The notes under the pieces are model-generated. The model was not told where the DNA came from, made no database searches, and worked only from the letters and a program-made list of their open reading frames with translations. The position numbers and the translations under genes were made by a program. From contig OY760660.1 in the NCBI GenBank assembly GCA_963663995.1, forward strand, positions 180,001 to 212,000: a stretch of 32,000 nucleotides of DNA, in the 5' to 3' direction. How positions within the stretch are numbered: the first letter of the stretch is position 1; every line of letters begins with the position of its first letter. This DNA is from Erysipelotrichaceae bacterium (GTDB taxonomy: Bacteria > Bacillota_I > Bacilli_A > Erysipelotrichales > Erysipelotrichaceae). Shown here piece after piece: positions 1 to 9,169 of the stretch.

Positions 1-231
1 GGTCAAATTGCTTATCAATATGTGGATGATAAAAATGAGGCCACAATGGATCCAAAACATAACGTTAATGGATCAGATTATGCGATTGAAGCTTTAATTT
101 CAGAAGATGGACGTATCCTTGGAAAGATGGGACATACAGAGCGTTTAGCAAAGCATTGTTTCATTAATTCAATTGATGCACAAATGAATACACTATTTGA
201 AAATGGTGTTCGCTACTTTAAGGAGGACTAA
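1..231 (+). CDS. purL: phosphoribosylformylglycinamidine (FGAM) synthase, C-terminal end (5' part lies outside the window)
   Basis: Frame 1 is open from base 1 to TAA at 229-231. The translation NVNGSDYAIEALISEDGRILGKMGHTER matches the conserved NGS...G(R/N)xLGxMxHxER end of the glutamine-amidotransferase domain of FGAM synthases. It lies directly upstream of purC. Confidence 0.7.
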   Translation, partial: GQIAYQYVDDKNEATMDPKHNVNGSDYAIEALISEDGRILGKMGHTERLAKHCFINSIDAQMNTLFENGVRYFKED

Positions 232-235
232 GGTC

Positions 236-955
236 ATGGAAAAAGGCAAACAAATATACGAAGGAAAAGCTAAGGTTTTATTTGAAACTGAAGATCCAAA
301 TCAAATTATTATCCACTTTAAAGATGATGCGACAGCTTTTAATGGTGTTAAAAAATCATCCATTCAAAATAAAGGCATTTTAAATACAGCGATTACAACC
401 TATATTTATAACTATCTTAAAAAACAGTGGATTCCAACACACTTCATCAAAAATTTAAGTGATACTGATCAACTATGCGAAAAAGTAGAAATTATTCCGC
501 TAGAAGTCATTGTTCGGAATGTTGTTGCGGGTTCATTATCTAAACGTCTTCAAATTGAAGAAGGAACTAAAATTGATCGTCCTATCTTTGAACTTTGTTA
601 TAAGAATGATGAGTTAGGTGATCCAATGATTAATGATGATCACGCGCTCGCAATGAAATTATGTACAGTTGAAGAGTTAGAAACCATTCGTGATCTAACC
701 ATGAAAATTAATAAAGCGCTACAGGAATTATTCGATAAAATGAATATCGTTTTAGTTGATTTCAAAATTGAATTTGGTCGTACTCCTAATGGCAACGTAA
801 TTCTTGCAGATGAAATCTCACCGGATACTTGCCGTTTATGGGATAAAGATACGATGCAAAAATTAGATAAAGATCGTTTCAGAAGAGACTTAGGTAAAGT
901 TGAAGATGCTTACCAAGAAATTCTTAAACGTCTAAAAGAGGTATGTGATGTCTAA
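236..955 (+). CDS. purC: phosphoribosylaminoimidazole-succinocarboxamide (SAICAR) synthase
   Basis: MEKGKQIYEGKAKVLFETEDP... is a typical PurC N-terminus. AGGAGG at 221-226 precedes the ATG at 236. The ORF-track start at 197 would overlap purL and has no RBS. Confidence 0.95.
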   Translation: MEKGKQIYEGKAKVLFETEDPNQIIIHFKDDATAFNGVKKSSIQNKGILNTAITTYIYNYLKKQWIPTHFIKNLSDTDQLCEKVEIIPLEVIVRNVVAGSLSKRLQIEEGTKIDRPIFELCYKNDELGDPMINDDHALAMKLCTVEELETIRDLTMKINKALQELFDKMNIVLVDFKIEFGRTPNGNVILADEISPDTCRLWDKDTMQKLDKDRFRRDLGKVEDAYQEILKRLKEVCDV

Positions 956-2363
956 ACATGAGTCTATTTTTGATTTAGATAAAATGCATGAAGAATGTGG
1001 TGTCTTTGGTGTCTATAACGTCAAAGATGCTTCAAATTTAAGCTACTACGGCCTCCATGCTTTACAACATCGAGGACAAGAAGGAGCTGGGATAGTTGTT
1101 TCAGATGGTTCTCGACTTGTCAGTCATAAAGGTGAAGGCGCTGTTCGAGCTGTTTTTAGTGAAGATATTTTAAAATCATTAGCTGGAAAGAATTCAATTG
1201 GTCATACCCGTTATTCCACTCAAGGGGGTGGTGGTTATGTCAATGTACAACCATTCCACTTTAAACATGGTACAGGTGACTTTGCCCTATGCCATAATGG
1301 AAATATTGTTAATTCTGAAGGGGTTAAACGTAATCTAGAAAATAAAGGTTCTATTTTTCAAAGTACCTCTGATACTGAAATTTTAGCGCATTTAATTATG
1401 TTAAATGCAAAAGGTCATCGGATTGATGCGATTAAAGAAGCACTGCTCTATTTAGAAGGTGCTTTTGCCTTTTTAATTCTCACCAAAGATAAATTATATG
1501 CTGTTCGAGATCATCATGGTCTAAGACCGCTCTCAATTGGAACTTTAGATGATGGTTATGTGGTTGCTTCAGAAACCTGTGCTTTTGATGCGATTGGTGC
1601 CCAATACTTAAGAGATGTTCAACCTGGAGAGATCGTTACCTTTAGTGATAAAGGAATCGAATCTATGTTTTATTCAGAAGACTTAAGACATCATATGTGT
1701 GCGATGGAATATATTTATTTCTCTCGTCCAGACAGTGATATTGTTGGTTTAAATGTGCATCGTTTTAGAAAAGAAAGTGGTCGTATTTTAGCACAAGAAT
1801 CACATGTTGATGCTGATATGGTCATTGGTGTTCCTGATTCATCACTTTCTGCTGCGAGTGGTTATGCTGAAGAAACTGGGATCCCTTATGAAATGGGATT
1901 AATCAAAAATAAATATTCAGGACGTACTTTCATTGAGCCTTCTCAAAAACTGCGTGAAAAAGGGGTCAAGATGAAATTGTCTCCCGTACGATCAGTTGTT
2001 CAAGGGAAACGAATTATTCTGATTGATGATTCAATTGTCCGTGGAACAACATCTATTCAATTAGTGACGATGCTTAAAGATATGGGCGCAACTGAAGTCC
2101 ATATGCGTATTGCATCACCACCAATTGTGGCACCATGTTTCTATGGTGTTGATACTTCAACTTATGATGAACTCATTTCAGCCAAACATAATGTTGAAGA
2201 ACTTCGAAAAATTCTGGGTGCAGATACCTTAGCATTCTTGTCTAAAGAGGGTGTCATGAAAGCGACAGAAAATAGAGGTTTATGTATGGCTTGTTTTACA
2301 AAAGACTATCCAACACATCTCTATCAAAAAATTAAAAATGCGAATAAAGATGGAAAATTCTAA
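948..2363 (+). CDS. purF: amidophosphoribosyltransferase (glutamine PRPP amidotransferase)
   Basis: Propeptide followed by the catalytic CGVFGV motif, a PRTase motif (ILIDDSIVRGTT) and C-terminal Cys ligands. AGAGG at 937-941 sits 6 nt before the ATG at 948; a GTG at 945 is also possible. Confidence 0.95.
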   Translation: MSKHESIFDLDKMHEECGVFGVYNVKDASNLSYYGLHALQHRGQEGAGIVVSDGSRLVSHKGEGAVRAVFSEDILKSLAGKNSIGHTRYSTQGGGGYVNVQPFHFKHGTGDFALCHNGNIVNSEGVKRNLENKGSIFQSTSDTEILAHLIMLNAKGHRIDAIKEALLYLEGAFAFLILTKDKLYAVRDHHGLRPLSIGTLDDGYVVASETCAFDAIGAQYLRDVQPGEIVTFSDKGIESMFYSEDLRHHMCAMEYIYFSRPDSDIVGLNVHRFRKESGRILAQESHVDADMVIGVPDSSLSAASGYAEETGIPYEMGLIKNKYSGRTFIEPSQKLREKGVKMKLSPVRSVVQGKRIILIDDSIVRGTTSIQLVTMLKDMGATEVHMRIASPPIVAPCFYGVDTSTYDELISAKHNVEELRKILGADTLAFLSKEGVMKATENRGLCMACFTKDYPTHLYQKIKNANKDGKF

Positions 2364-2372
2364 GGAGCAAAT

Positions 2373-3398
2373 ATGAGTAAACATTATGATGCGAGTGGTG
2401 TGCATTTAGAAGCTGGTTATGAATCAGTCAGACGCATACAAAAACATGTACAAAGAACATTTAATAAAGGTGTAATGAGTAATATTGGTTCTTTTGGTGG
2501 CCTCTTTGATTTAGCAAAGTATCAAATTAAAGATCCTGTTTTAGTCAGTGGCACAGATGGTGTTGGGACAAAACTCAAAATTGCTTATATGTTAGATAAA
2601 CACGATACGATTGGGATTGATGCGGTTGCGATGTGTGTCAATGACATCTTAGCGCAAGGAGCACGTCCATTATTCTTTTTGGATTATTTAGCGGTTGATG
2701 AAAATCATCCGGAAAAAATCGAACAAATCGTTAAAGGCGTCGCCGATGGTTGTGAATTATCTGGCTGTGCGCTGATTGGTGGTGAAACGGCCGAAATGCC
2801 AGATGTATATTCAGAAGGTGAATATGACATCGCTGGTTTTGCGGTAGGTGTCGCTGAGCGTAATCAATTGATTTCACCCTTAAACGTCAAAGAGAATGAT
2901 GTGATCATTGGACTAGCTAGTTCAGGCTTACATTCCAATGGTTTTTCCTTGGTTCGTAAAATTTTATTCAAAGATAATCAAATTGATTTGAATACACAAG
3001 TTGGTGATAAGAAATTAGCGGATTGGTTACTTACCCCAACCAATATTTATGTTAAAGAAGTCGCTGATTTATTTGATCAAGTATCTGTTCATGGTTGTGC
3101 CCATATTACCGGTGGCGGTTTCTATGAAAACATGCCAAGATGTCTTCAAGATGATCAAGGATTAAGTATTCAAAAAGGGACATGGGAGATTCCTGAAATC
3201 TTTAACTACCTACAAAACTTAGCGCATATTGAAGAAGATGAAATGTATCATGTTTTCAATATGGGAATTGGTTTTATTGTTGTCGTTGATGAAAGTGATG
3301 TTGAGAAAACATTAAAACACTTTGAAAATGGATCACATCATGCATCCGTTATTGGAAAAGTCACTTCAAATCCAGGAATTGTATGGCCATCAAAATAG
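2373..3398 (+). CDS. purM: phosphoribosylformylglycinamidine cyclo-ligase (AIR synthase)
   Basis: PurM motifs GTDGVGTKLK and DYLA are present, with an AGGAG RBS upstream and purine-operon context. Confidence 0.95.
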   Translation: MSKHYDASGVHLEAGYESVRRIQKHVQRTFNKGVMSNIGSFGGLFDLAKYQIKDPVLVSGTDGVGTKLKIAYMLDKHDTIGIDAVAMCVNDILAQGARPLFFLDYLAVDENHPEKIEQIVKGVADGCELSGCALIGGETAEMPDVYSEGEYDIAGFAVGVAERNQLISPLNVKENDVIIGLASSGLHSNGFSLVRKILFKDNQIDLNTQVGDKKLADWLLTPTNIYVKEVADLFDQVSVHGCAHITGGGFYENMPRCLQDDQGLSIQKGTWEIPEIFNYLQNLAHIEEDEMYHVFNMGIGFIVVVDESDVEKTLKHFENGSHHASVIGKVTSNPGIVWPSK

Positions 3399-3958
3399 CC
3401 ATCTTTGCCTCAGGTAGTGGATCAAACTTTGAAGCTTTAATTCATGCGATAAATCGCGGTGAACTTAAAGCGGAATGCATGGGTTTAATTGTTGATAAAA
3501 AGAATGCTTTCGCCCTTGAAAGAGCGAAACGATTAGGGATCCAAGCAATCTATATAAATCCAAAAGATTTTGAAAAAAAAGAAGGTTTTGAATCAGAAAT
3601 CTTAAGGATTTTAAATGAGTGGAAAGTTGAATACATTGTCTTAGCGGGTTATATGCGATTAATTGGGTCAACTTTACTCACAAAGTATCCAAAACGTATT
3701 ATTAATATTCATCCTTCACTCTTACCTAAATACAAAGGTAAAGATGCGTTAGGACAAGCCTTAATTCAAAAGGAAACAAGGGTGGGCATCAGTGTTCACT
3801 ATGTTGATGAAGGGATGGATACGGGGGAAATTATTGAACAATTTGCCTTCGATATTGATCTCAATAAAGATCGTCATGATATAGAAGAAACTTTACATGC
3901 ACATGAACATGTGTTTTATACAAGCGTATTAAATAAACTATGGAGGAGCAAACAATGA
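3383..3958 (+). CDS. purN: phosphoribosylglycinamide formyltransferase
   Basis: IAIFASGSGSNFEAL N-terminus and the NIHPSLLP active-site motif. The start overlaps the purM end by 16 nt. Confidence 0.93.
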   Translation: MAIKIAIFASGSGSNFEALIHAINRGELKAECMGLIVDKKNAFALERAKRLGIQAIYINPKDFEKKEGFESEILRILNEWKVEYIVLAGYMRLIGSTLLTKYPKRIINIHPSLLPKYKGKDALGQALIQKETRVGISVHYVDEGMDTGEIIEQFAFDIDLNKDRHDIEETLHAHEHVFYTSVLNKLWRSKQ

Positions 3959-5487
3959 AAAAACGCGCATTAATTTCACTTAGTGATAAGTCAGGTTTAG
4001 AACCCCTATTAAAGGCATTTAAAGAAGCTGATGTTGAACTTATCTCAACAGGCGGGACTAAAAAAGCCATTGAAAAAGCAGGTTATCCGGTTTTAGGTAT
4101 TGAAGAAGTAACGAATTTCCCTGAAATGTTAGATGGTCGTGTAAAAACACTGCATCCAAAAGTACATGGTGGACTTCTATTTAGACGTGATTTAGAAAGT
4201 CATGTTCAACAAGTTGAAGAACATAATATTCAATCAATTGATTATGTTGTGGTTAATCTATATCCATTCTTTGAGACGATTTCAAAACCAGATGTGACCT
4301 TTGAAGAAGCCATCGAAAATATTGATATTGGTGGACCATCAATGCTAAGATCAGCGGCTAAAAATCATGATGCGGTAACGGTTGTTTGCGATCCAAGTGA
4401 TTATGCAGAACTGATTGAAGAACTTAGTTCCAATAAAGAAACATCGATTGGTTTTAGAAAACGTTGTGCTGCTAAAGTTTTCAGACAAACAGCAGCTTAT
4501 GATTCAATGATTGCTGATTATCTTACTAAACAAAATGGCGATAAATATCCTGAAACATTTACCGAAGGATTTAAACTTAAACAAATTTTACGATATGGTG
4601 AAAACCCTCATCAACAAGCAGCTTTCTATGAATCTCCATTTGCTGAAAAATACAGCGTAGCACATAGTACACAAATTCAAGGGAAAGAACTTTCCTACAA
4701 TAATATTCAAGATGCTAATTCAGCTCTACAACTTTTATCAAGTTTTGAAAAACCAGCTTGTGTGGGATTAAAACACATGAATCCATGTGGTGTGGCTGAA
4801 TCATCTGATTTATATGATGCTTGGAAAAAAGCATATGAAGGTGATCCAGTATCAATCTTTGGAGGAATTGTCGCGTTTAATCGTGAAGTTAGTGCCGAAA
4901 TTGCGACTTCTCTAACAGAACTTTTCTTAGAAGTTATCTTAGCACCAAGCTATAGCACTGAAGCTAAAGAAATTTTTGCGAAAAAGAAAAATCTTCGTGT
5001 TCTAGAATTCAGTACTGAAGGTAGAGCAGTTCCACATTTATCTGTGCGAGTTAATGGTGGTTTGCTTCTTCAAGATTTTGATGCGAATATTACTGATCCA
5101 AAAGCCTATTCTTGTGTAACTAAAGTTCAAGCAAAACCAGAGTGGTTAGTCGATTGTGTCTTTGGTGAGAAAGTCGTTAAACAAGTTAAATCAAATGCGA
5201 TCGTAGTGGTTAAAGGTTCTCAAAGTTTTGGGATTGGCGCGGGTCAAATGAATCGTGTTGGTGCCGCAAAACTAGCACTAGATCAAGCCGGTGAAAATGC
5301 GAAAGGAGCTGTTTTAGCTTCTGATGCTTTCTTCCCAATGGATGATACCGTACGACTAGCCGCTGAATATGGGATTGCATGTATTATTCAACCGGGTGGT
5401 TCAATTAAAGATCAAGCATCAATCGATGCGTGTGATGAATTAGGTATTTGTATGGTCTTTACTGGTGAAAGGCACTTCAAACACTAA
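3955..5487 (+). CDS. purH: bifunctional AICAR transformylase / IMP cyclohydrolase
   Basis: MKKRALISLSDKSGL and GGTKKAIEKAG form the MGS-like domain, followed by a full AICARFT domain. GGAGG at 3942-3946 favours the ATG at 3955 over 3940. Confidence 0.95.
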   Translation: MKKRALISLSDKSGLEPLLKAFKEADVELISTGGTKKAIEKAGYPVLGIEEVTNFPEMLDGRVKTLHPKVHGGLLFRRDLESHVQQVEEHNIQSIDYVVVNLYPFFETISKPDVTFEEAIENIDIGGPSMLRSAAKNHDAVTVVCDPSDYAELIEELSSNKETSIGFRKRCAAKVFRQTAAYDSMIADYLTKQNGDKYPETFTEGFKLKQILRYGENPHQQAAFYESPFAEKYSVAHSTQIQGKELSYNNIQDANSALQLLSSFEKPACVGLKHMNPCGVAESSDLYDAWKKAYEGDPVSIFGGIVAFNREVSAEIATSLTELFLEVILAPSYSTEAKEIFAKKKNLRVLEFSTEGRAVPHLSVRVNGGLLLQDFDANITDPKAYSCVTKVQAKPEWLVDCVFGEKVVKQVKSNAIVVVKGSQSFGIGAGQMNRVGAAKLALDQAGENAKGAVLASDAFFPMDDTVRLAAEYGIACIIQPGGSIKDQASIDACDELGICMVFTGERHFKH

Positions 5488-6719
5488 TGGAGCGCGTTCT
5501 AGTCATCGGAAGTGGTGGTCGTGAACATGCGCTGGTCGATGCTTTTCTAAAATCATCCACTGTTGAGGAAGTATTCTGTTGTCCTGGTAATGCGGGTATT
5601 GCAGAAGTGGTTCAATGTTTTGAGATAGACCCACTTAATTTTGATGAATTAAAAACGATTATAAAAGATTATAAGATAAGCCTTGTTTTTGTGGGTCCAG
5701 AGATGCCTTTATCAAAGGGAATCGTCGATGCATTAGAAAAAGATGTCGTAATTTTTGGTCCAAATCAAAAAGCGGCACAAGTTGAAGCCTCAAAAGCATT
5801 TGCGAAAGATCTTATGCATCGCTACAACATTCCAACTGCAAGTTATCATGTGGTTCATAATCAAAAAGAAGCCCTTGATGTTCTTCGAAATAATCCAGCA
5901 CCCATTGTCATTAAAGCTGATGGCTTGATGGCAGGTAAAGGGGTGGTTGTTGCTCAAAATGATGATGAGGCAAAAGCTGCAATCTTAGATTTATTTCCAA
6001 ATGAAGAAACGATCGGTCAATGTGTGATTGAAGAGTGTTTGATTGGTGAAGAATTTTCACTGATGAATTTTGTTCATGAAGATAAAGTCATTTCCTTACC
6101 AGTCGCAAAAGATCATAAACGTGCATACGATAATGATGAAGGACCAAATACAGGTGGGATGGGCGCATTCTGTCCTGATCCAAATGTCACTGAAGAAGAC
6201 ATTCAAATGACTTTAGATACGATTGTTAAACCAATGGCTGAAGCTATGCTTAAAGAGGGTGTACCATTTACTGGTGTTCTCTATGCTGGTTTAATGAAAA
6301 CAGCTAATGGAATCTTTACAATTGAGTTTAATGCTCGCTTTGGTGATCCTGAAACAGAAGTTATTTTACCTCGAGTTAAAACAAATTTAGATCAACTCGT
6401 TCATGCGACACTCAATAAAGAAGACATTAAAGTAGAAATCGATGATAAAGCTGTTTGTGCTGTTGTCTTAGCGTCTAAGGGTTATCCTGGTAAGACAGAA
6501 ACAAAAGCTGAAATCAAAGGTTTAGAGGGCTTAAATGTCTACCATATGGGAACTAGCTTAATTGATGGGAAATTATGCAATACAGGTGGTCGTGTACTTT
6601 CTGTCTTAGGTTTTGGGGATAGCGCAAAAGAAGCACGTGAAGATGCTTATAAAGCAGTCAAAAAAATTAAAGCTGATCAACTCTTTTATCGAAACGATAT
6701 TGGTAAAAGTATTAAATAA
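5487..6719 (+). CDS. purD: phosphoribosylamine-glycine ligase
   Basis: VLVIGSGGREHAL N-terminus and an ATP-grasp core. The start overlaps the purH stop (TAATG). Confidence 0.95.
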   Translation: MERVLVIGSGGREHALVDAFLKSSTVEEVFCCPGNAGIAEVVQCFEIDPLNFDELKTIIKDYKISLVFVGPEMPLSKGIVDALEKDVVIFGPNQKAAQVEASKAFAKDLMHRYNIPTASYHVVHNQKEALDVLRNNPAPIVIKADGLMAGKGVVVAQNDDEAKAAILDLFPNEETIGQCVIEECLIGEEFSLMNFVHEDKVISLPVAKDHKRAYDNDEGPNTGGMGAFCPDPNVTEEDIQMTLDTIVKPMAEAMLKEGVPFTGVLYAGLMKTANGIFTIEFNARFGDPETEVILPRVKTNLDQLVHATLNKEDIKVEIDDKAVCAVVLASKGYPGKTETKAEIKGLEGLNVYHMGTSLIDGKLCNTGGRVLSVLGFGDSAKEAREDAYKAVKKIKADQLFYRNDIGKSIK

Positions 6720-6721
6720 GC

Positions 6722-6752
6722 AAAAAGCATGAAATGAATTTCATGCTTTTTT
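6722..6752. terminator. bidirectional rho-independent terminator between purD and the convergent oxidase gene
   Basis: GCATGAAA (6727-6734) pairs with TTTCATGC (6739-6746) around a TGAA loop, flanked by an A5 run on the 5' side and a T6 run on the 3' side. Confidence 0.8.
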
Positions 6753-8172
6753 AATAGACTTCAAGTTGTGCCATCATTCCAGCTTCTTCATGTTCAAGAA
6801 TGTGACAGTGATACATAAAGATACCTTTATGCTTAAACTGAACAAGTATTCTAACAACTTCACCATTACGAACATAAACAGTATCTTTTAATCCAGCTTC
6901 ATTCGCATCTGGTGCATTTCCATTACGTGAGAGTATTCTAAATTGGGTTGAATGAATATGGAATGGATGACCTGGTGTACTCATCATGCCTGAATTAACA
7001 GAGATTTCCCAGATTTGGTATTCATTTTGAGGGATTTGATCATCTAGACGAAGGGGATCAAATTGTTCACCATCAATGGCGACAAACATTCCCGTCGCAT
7101 CAAGTTCAACTGTTTTTACTCTGGTGACTAAGGATAAATCGATTTCTTTAAAATCGGCTAAATGATTTGAGATTACTGTTGTATCATTAACATCTTTTTG
7201 GATATTGAAATCCATGAGTAGTTTATCTTCAGTGAGTAATTGTAAAGTATCACCTTCATTGTATTTAGAAAAATCAATGATGATTTCAGCTCTTTCTCCA
7301 GGGGCTAAAAATAGATTATCCATTTCAACAGGGGATGCAAGCAAACCACCATCTGAAGCAATTTGAATAAAACTACTATTATCAGATAAATGTAAATTAA
7401 AGTTACGGGCATTTGCCCCATTAACAAGTCTAAAACGAGCTTTCATTTGGTCAATATCTAAATAGGGATAAATCACACCATTAACAATCAAACGATTACC
7501 AATAGCGCCATCCATTGAATTAATATAAATAAATTGTCCATTTTGATCAAAAGCTCGATCTTGTAGAATTAATGGAATATCATTCACACCATAATCATCT
7601 GGTAAATTTAAAGATTTTGAATTTTCATCTTCAACAATGAATAAACCTGCTAAGCCTTGATAGACCTGAGTTGCGGTTGTGCCCATTACATGCGGATGAA
7701 ACCAAAGCGTCGAAGCCACTTGATCAACCACAAAACTAGGTTGCCACGTTGTCTTAGCAGGAATGACTTGGTACGGTCCTCCATCTGCTGGTCCATCAAC
7801 TTCCAAACCATGCCAGTGAACGGATGTTGAATCACTTAATTGATTGTTTACAGTAATGTTTACTTGATCATAGCGATCAACTTTTATGACTGGACCTAGA
7901 TAATTACCATTGTATCCAAGCGTCGATGTCATTAAATCATCAATAAAATTTACTTCACCACTTTGAACATTTAATTCAAACTCACTTATCCCATCAGCTG
8001 GATTTAAATCTTCTAAAAGAGCAGGAATAGGTAAAGCTTTTTGTTCATCTGGATTAATATCACTAGGTAATAAAGTATTATTTTTAAAATATAAATGTGG
8101 GAAAAAGACAAAGCTTAAACCAATAATTGATATAAAGGTCACTAAAGCGATAAATGAAATTTTTTTAAGCAT
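6751..8172 (-). CDS. multicopper oxidase (laccase / cuprous oxidase-like), N-terminally membrane-anchored or secreted
   Basis: All four copper-ligand motifs are present: HWHG, WFHPH, HPFHIH and HCHILEHEEAGMM. The N-terminus is hydrophobic (ISFIALVTFISIIGLSFVFF). Confidence 0.85.
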   Translation of the reverse strand: MLKKISFIALVTFISIIGLSFVFFPHLYFKNNTLLPSDINPDEQKALPIPALLEDLNPADGISEFELNVQSGEVNFIDDLMTSTLGYNGNYLGPVIKVDRYDQVNITVNNQLSDSTSVHWHGLEVDGPADGGPYQVIPAKTTWQPSFVVDQVASTLWFHPHVMGTTATQVYQGLAGLFIVEDENSKSLNLPDDYGVNDIPLILQDRAFDQNGQFIYINSMDGAIGNRLIVNGVIYPYLDIDQMKARFRLVNGANARNFNLHLSDNSSFIQIASDGGLLASPVEMDNLFLAPGERAEIIIDFSKYNEGDTLQLLTEDKLLMDFNIQKDVNDTTVISNHLADFKEIDLSLVTRVKTVELDATGMFVAIDGEQFDPLRLDDQIPQNEYQIWEISVNSGMMSTPGHPFHIHSTQFRILSRNGNAPDANEAGLKDTVYVRNGEVVRILVQFKHKGIFMYHCHILEHEEAGMMAQLEVY

Positions 8173-8190
8173 AGTCTCACCAGCTTTCTT

Positions 8191-8415
8191 TTATAGATCT
8201 ATATTGAATTTTCGAATAGAGGCATAATAGCCAAGGGCTTTGATGGTTCTTATAATTTCAGCTGGATTTGTTTTTTCTTCATTAAAACTAACTTCTGCTG
8301 TTTTTTCGGAATAATCAAAGTCGATTTTTAAAACACCTTTCGCTTTTAAATCAGATTCAATTCTATTTAGACAAGATACACAAGTGTATCCATCGATGTT
8401 TAATTTAGTTCTCAT
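8191..8415 (-). CDS. copZ: heavy-metal-associated (HMA) domain copper chaperone, CopZ-like
   Basis: A 74-aa ferredoxin-like HMA fold with the metal-binding motif GYTCVSC. GGAGG (8421-8425, minus strand) lies 5 nt before the ATG at 8415. The ORF-track start at 8436 has no RBS. Confidence 0.8.
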   Translation of the reverse strand: MRTKLNIDGYTCVSCLNRIESDLKAKGVLKIDFDYSEKTAEVSFNEEKTNPAEIIRTIKALGYYASIRKFNIDL

Positions 8416-8426
8416 ACAGGCCTCCA

Positions 8427-8447
8427 ATATACCCATAAGGGGTATAT
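8427..8447. promoter_or_regulatory. CsoR-type operator candidate (ATATACCC-N5-GGGTATAT)
   Basis: Perfect 8+8 inverted repeat with C/G tracts, placed between the predicted promoter and the copZ-like RBS. It resembles the known TACCC...GGGTA copper-sensing CsoR operators. Confidence 0.45.
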
Positions 8448-8451
8448 GTAT

Positions 8452-8480
8452 ACAATAGACCCATGGTGTTTAAATTTCAA
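8452..8480 (-). promoter_or_regulatory. candidate sigma-A promoter of the copZ-like/oxidase operon
   Basis: On the minus strand, TTGAAA (8480-8475) is followed by a 17-nt spacer and TATTGT (8457-8452). The predicted start falls inside the palindrome. Confidence 0.35.
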
Positions 8481-8489
8481 GTGAAGTGA

Positions 8490-8516
8490 TAAAAAAACAT
8501 CCCTTAGTGGGATGTT
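8490..8516 (-). terminator. rho-independent terminator of the bactofilin gene
   Basis: ACATCCC (8497-8503) pairs with GGGATGT (8509-8515) around a TTAGT loop, followed on the minus strand by a U7 tract (8491-8497). Confidence 0.7.
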
Positions 8517-9019
8517 TAGTCTTCTTCGCTATATTCTTCAGTTTCTACTGCTGTTTCTTCAACGACAGGCACTTCAACATTCAACATCGTGAAATTACCA
8601 TCTATTTTTGCACCAGAGTCGATTGAGACAAGAGCACAAGATACATTTCCTTTAATAACTGCATTTTCTTTTAAGGAAACTGAATTACGGGCAGATACAT
8701 TTCCAACAACTTTACCAGCAATTTTAATATTATAGGCACTGATATCACCTAAAATGGTAGTGTTTAAATCAATCGTTACAGATTCATCACAACTAATATT
8801 TCCTTTAACCTCACCACTTATCATGGCAGAGGAAGCTTTGATGTCACCTTCAACGGCAGATGATACAGAAGTTTCTACATTATCATTGCTTGTAATGTTT
8901 CCTTTTACTTTACCTTCTAAAACGATTAGATTTTCAGAGACAATGTCTCCTGTGATATGCATTGTTTCAGTTATGATGGATACATTATCACGGTTTGTTT
9001 GATCATTATAATTTGTCAT
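8516..9019 (-). CDS. bactofilin-family polymer-forming cytoskeletal protein
   Basis: Repetitive beta-helix pattern typical of bactofilin/CcmA (DUF583), for example GDIVSENLIVLEGKVKGNITS and ISGEVKGNISC. The tail is acidic, and an AAGGAG RBS lies upstream. Confidence 0.8.
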   Translation of the reverse strand: MTNYNDQTNRDNVSIITETMHITGDIVSENLIVLEGKVKGNITSNDNVETSVSSAVEGDIKASSAMISGEVKGNISCDESVTIDLNTTILGDISAYNIKIAGKVVGNVSARNSVSLKENAVIKGNVSCALVSIDSGAKIDGNFTMLNVEVPVVEETAVETEEYSEED

Positions 9020-9132
9020 TTTTTAGAACTCCTTATTGAAATTAGTTTATCATTTTTTTAATTAATTTCGTTTGAAAATTAATAAAATTATGTGAATTTA
9101 GATAAAATTGATTACTTAAATACTTACATATC

Positions 9133-9163
9133 TTGAAAAGACTGTCATAAGCAATGTTAAAAT
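9133..9163 (+). promoter_or_regulatory. candidate extended -10 promoter placing +1 on the ATG of the 9170 gene (leaderless)
   Basis: TTGAAA (9133-9138), a 19-nt spacer, then TGtTAAAAT (9155-9163). Exactly 6 nt separate the -10 hexamer from the ATG at 9170. No Shine-Dalgarno sequence is present. Confidence 0.4.
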
Positions 9164-9169
9164 ATAAAC

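Noticed and set aside
3465-4070. Two minus-strand ORFs (3465-3671 and 3861-4070) inside purN and purH.
   Set aside because: Both are antisense to strongly supported purine genes. Their peptides are low-complexity, and they have no RBS or homology signal.
8447-8454. The TGTATACA palindrome next to the CsoR-like repeat, considered as a CopY cop box.
   Set aside because: The cop box is TACAnnTGTA. Here the half-sites are in the opposite order and directly abutted, so it does not fit.
8754-9002. An 82-aa plus-strand ORF.
   Set aside because: It lies entirely antisense to the bactofilin gene. It is an artefact of the repetitive codon pattern on the opposite strand.
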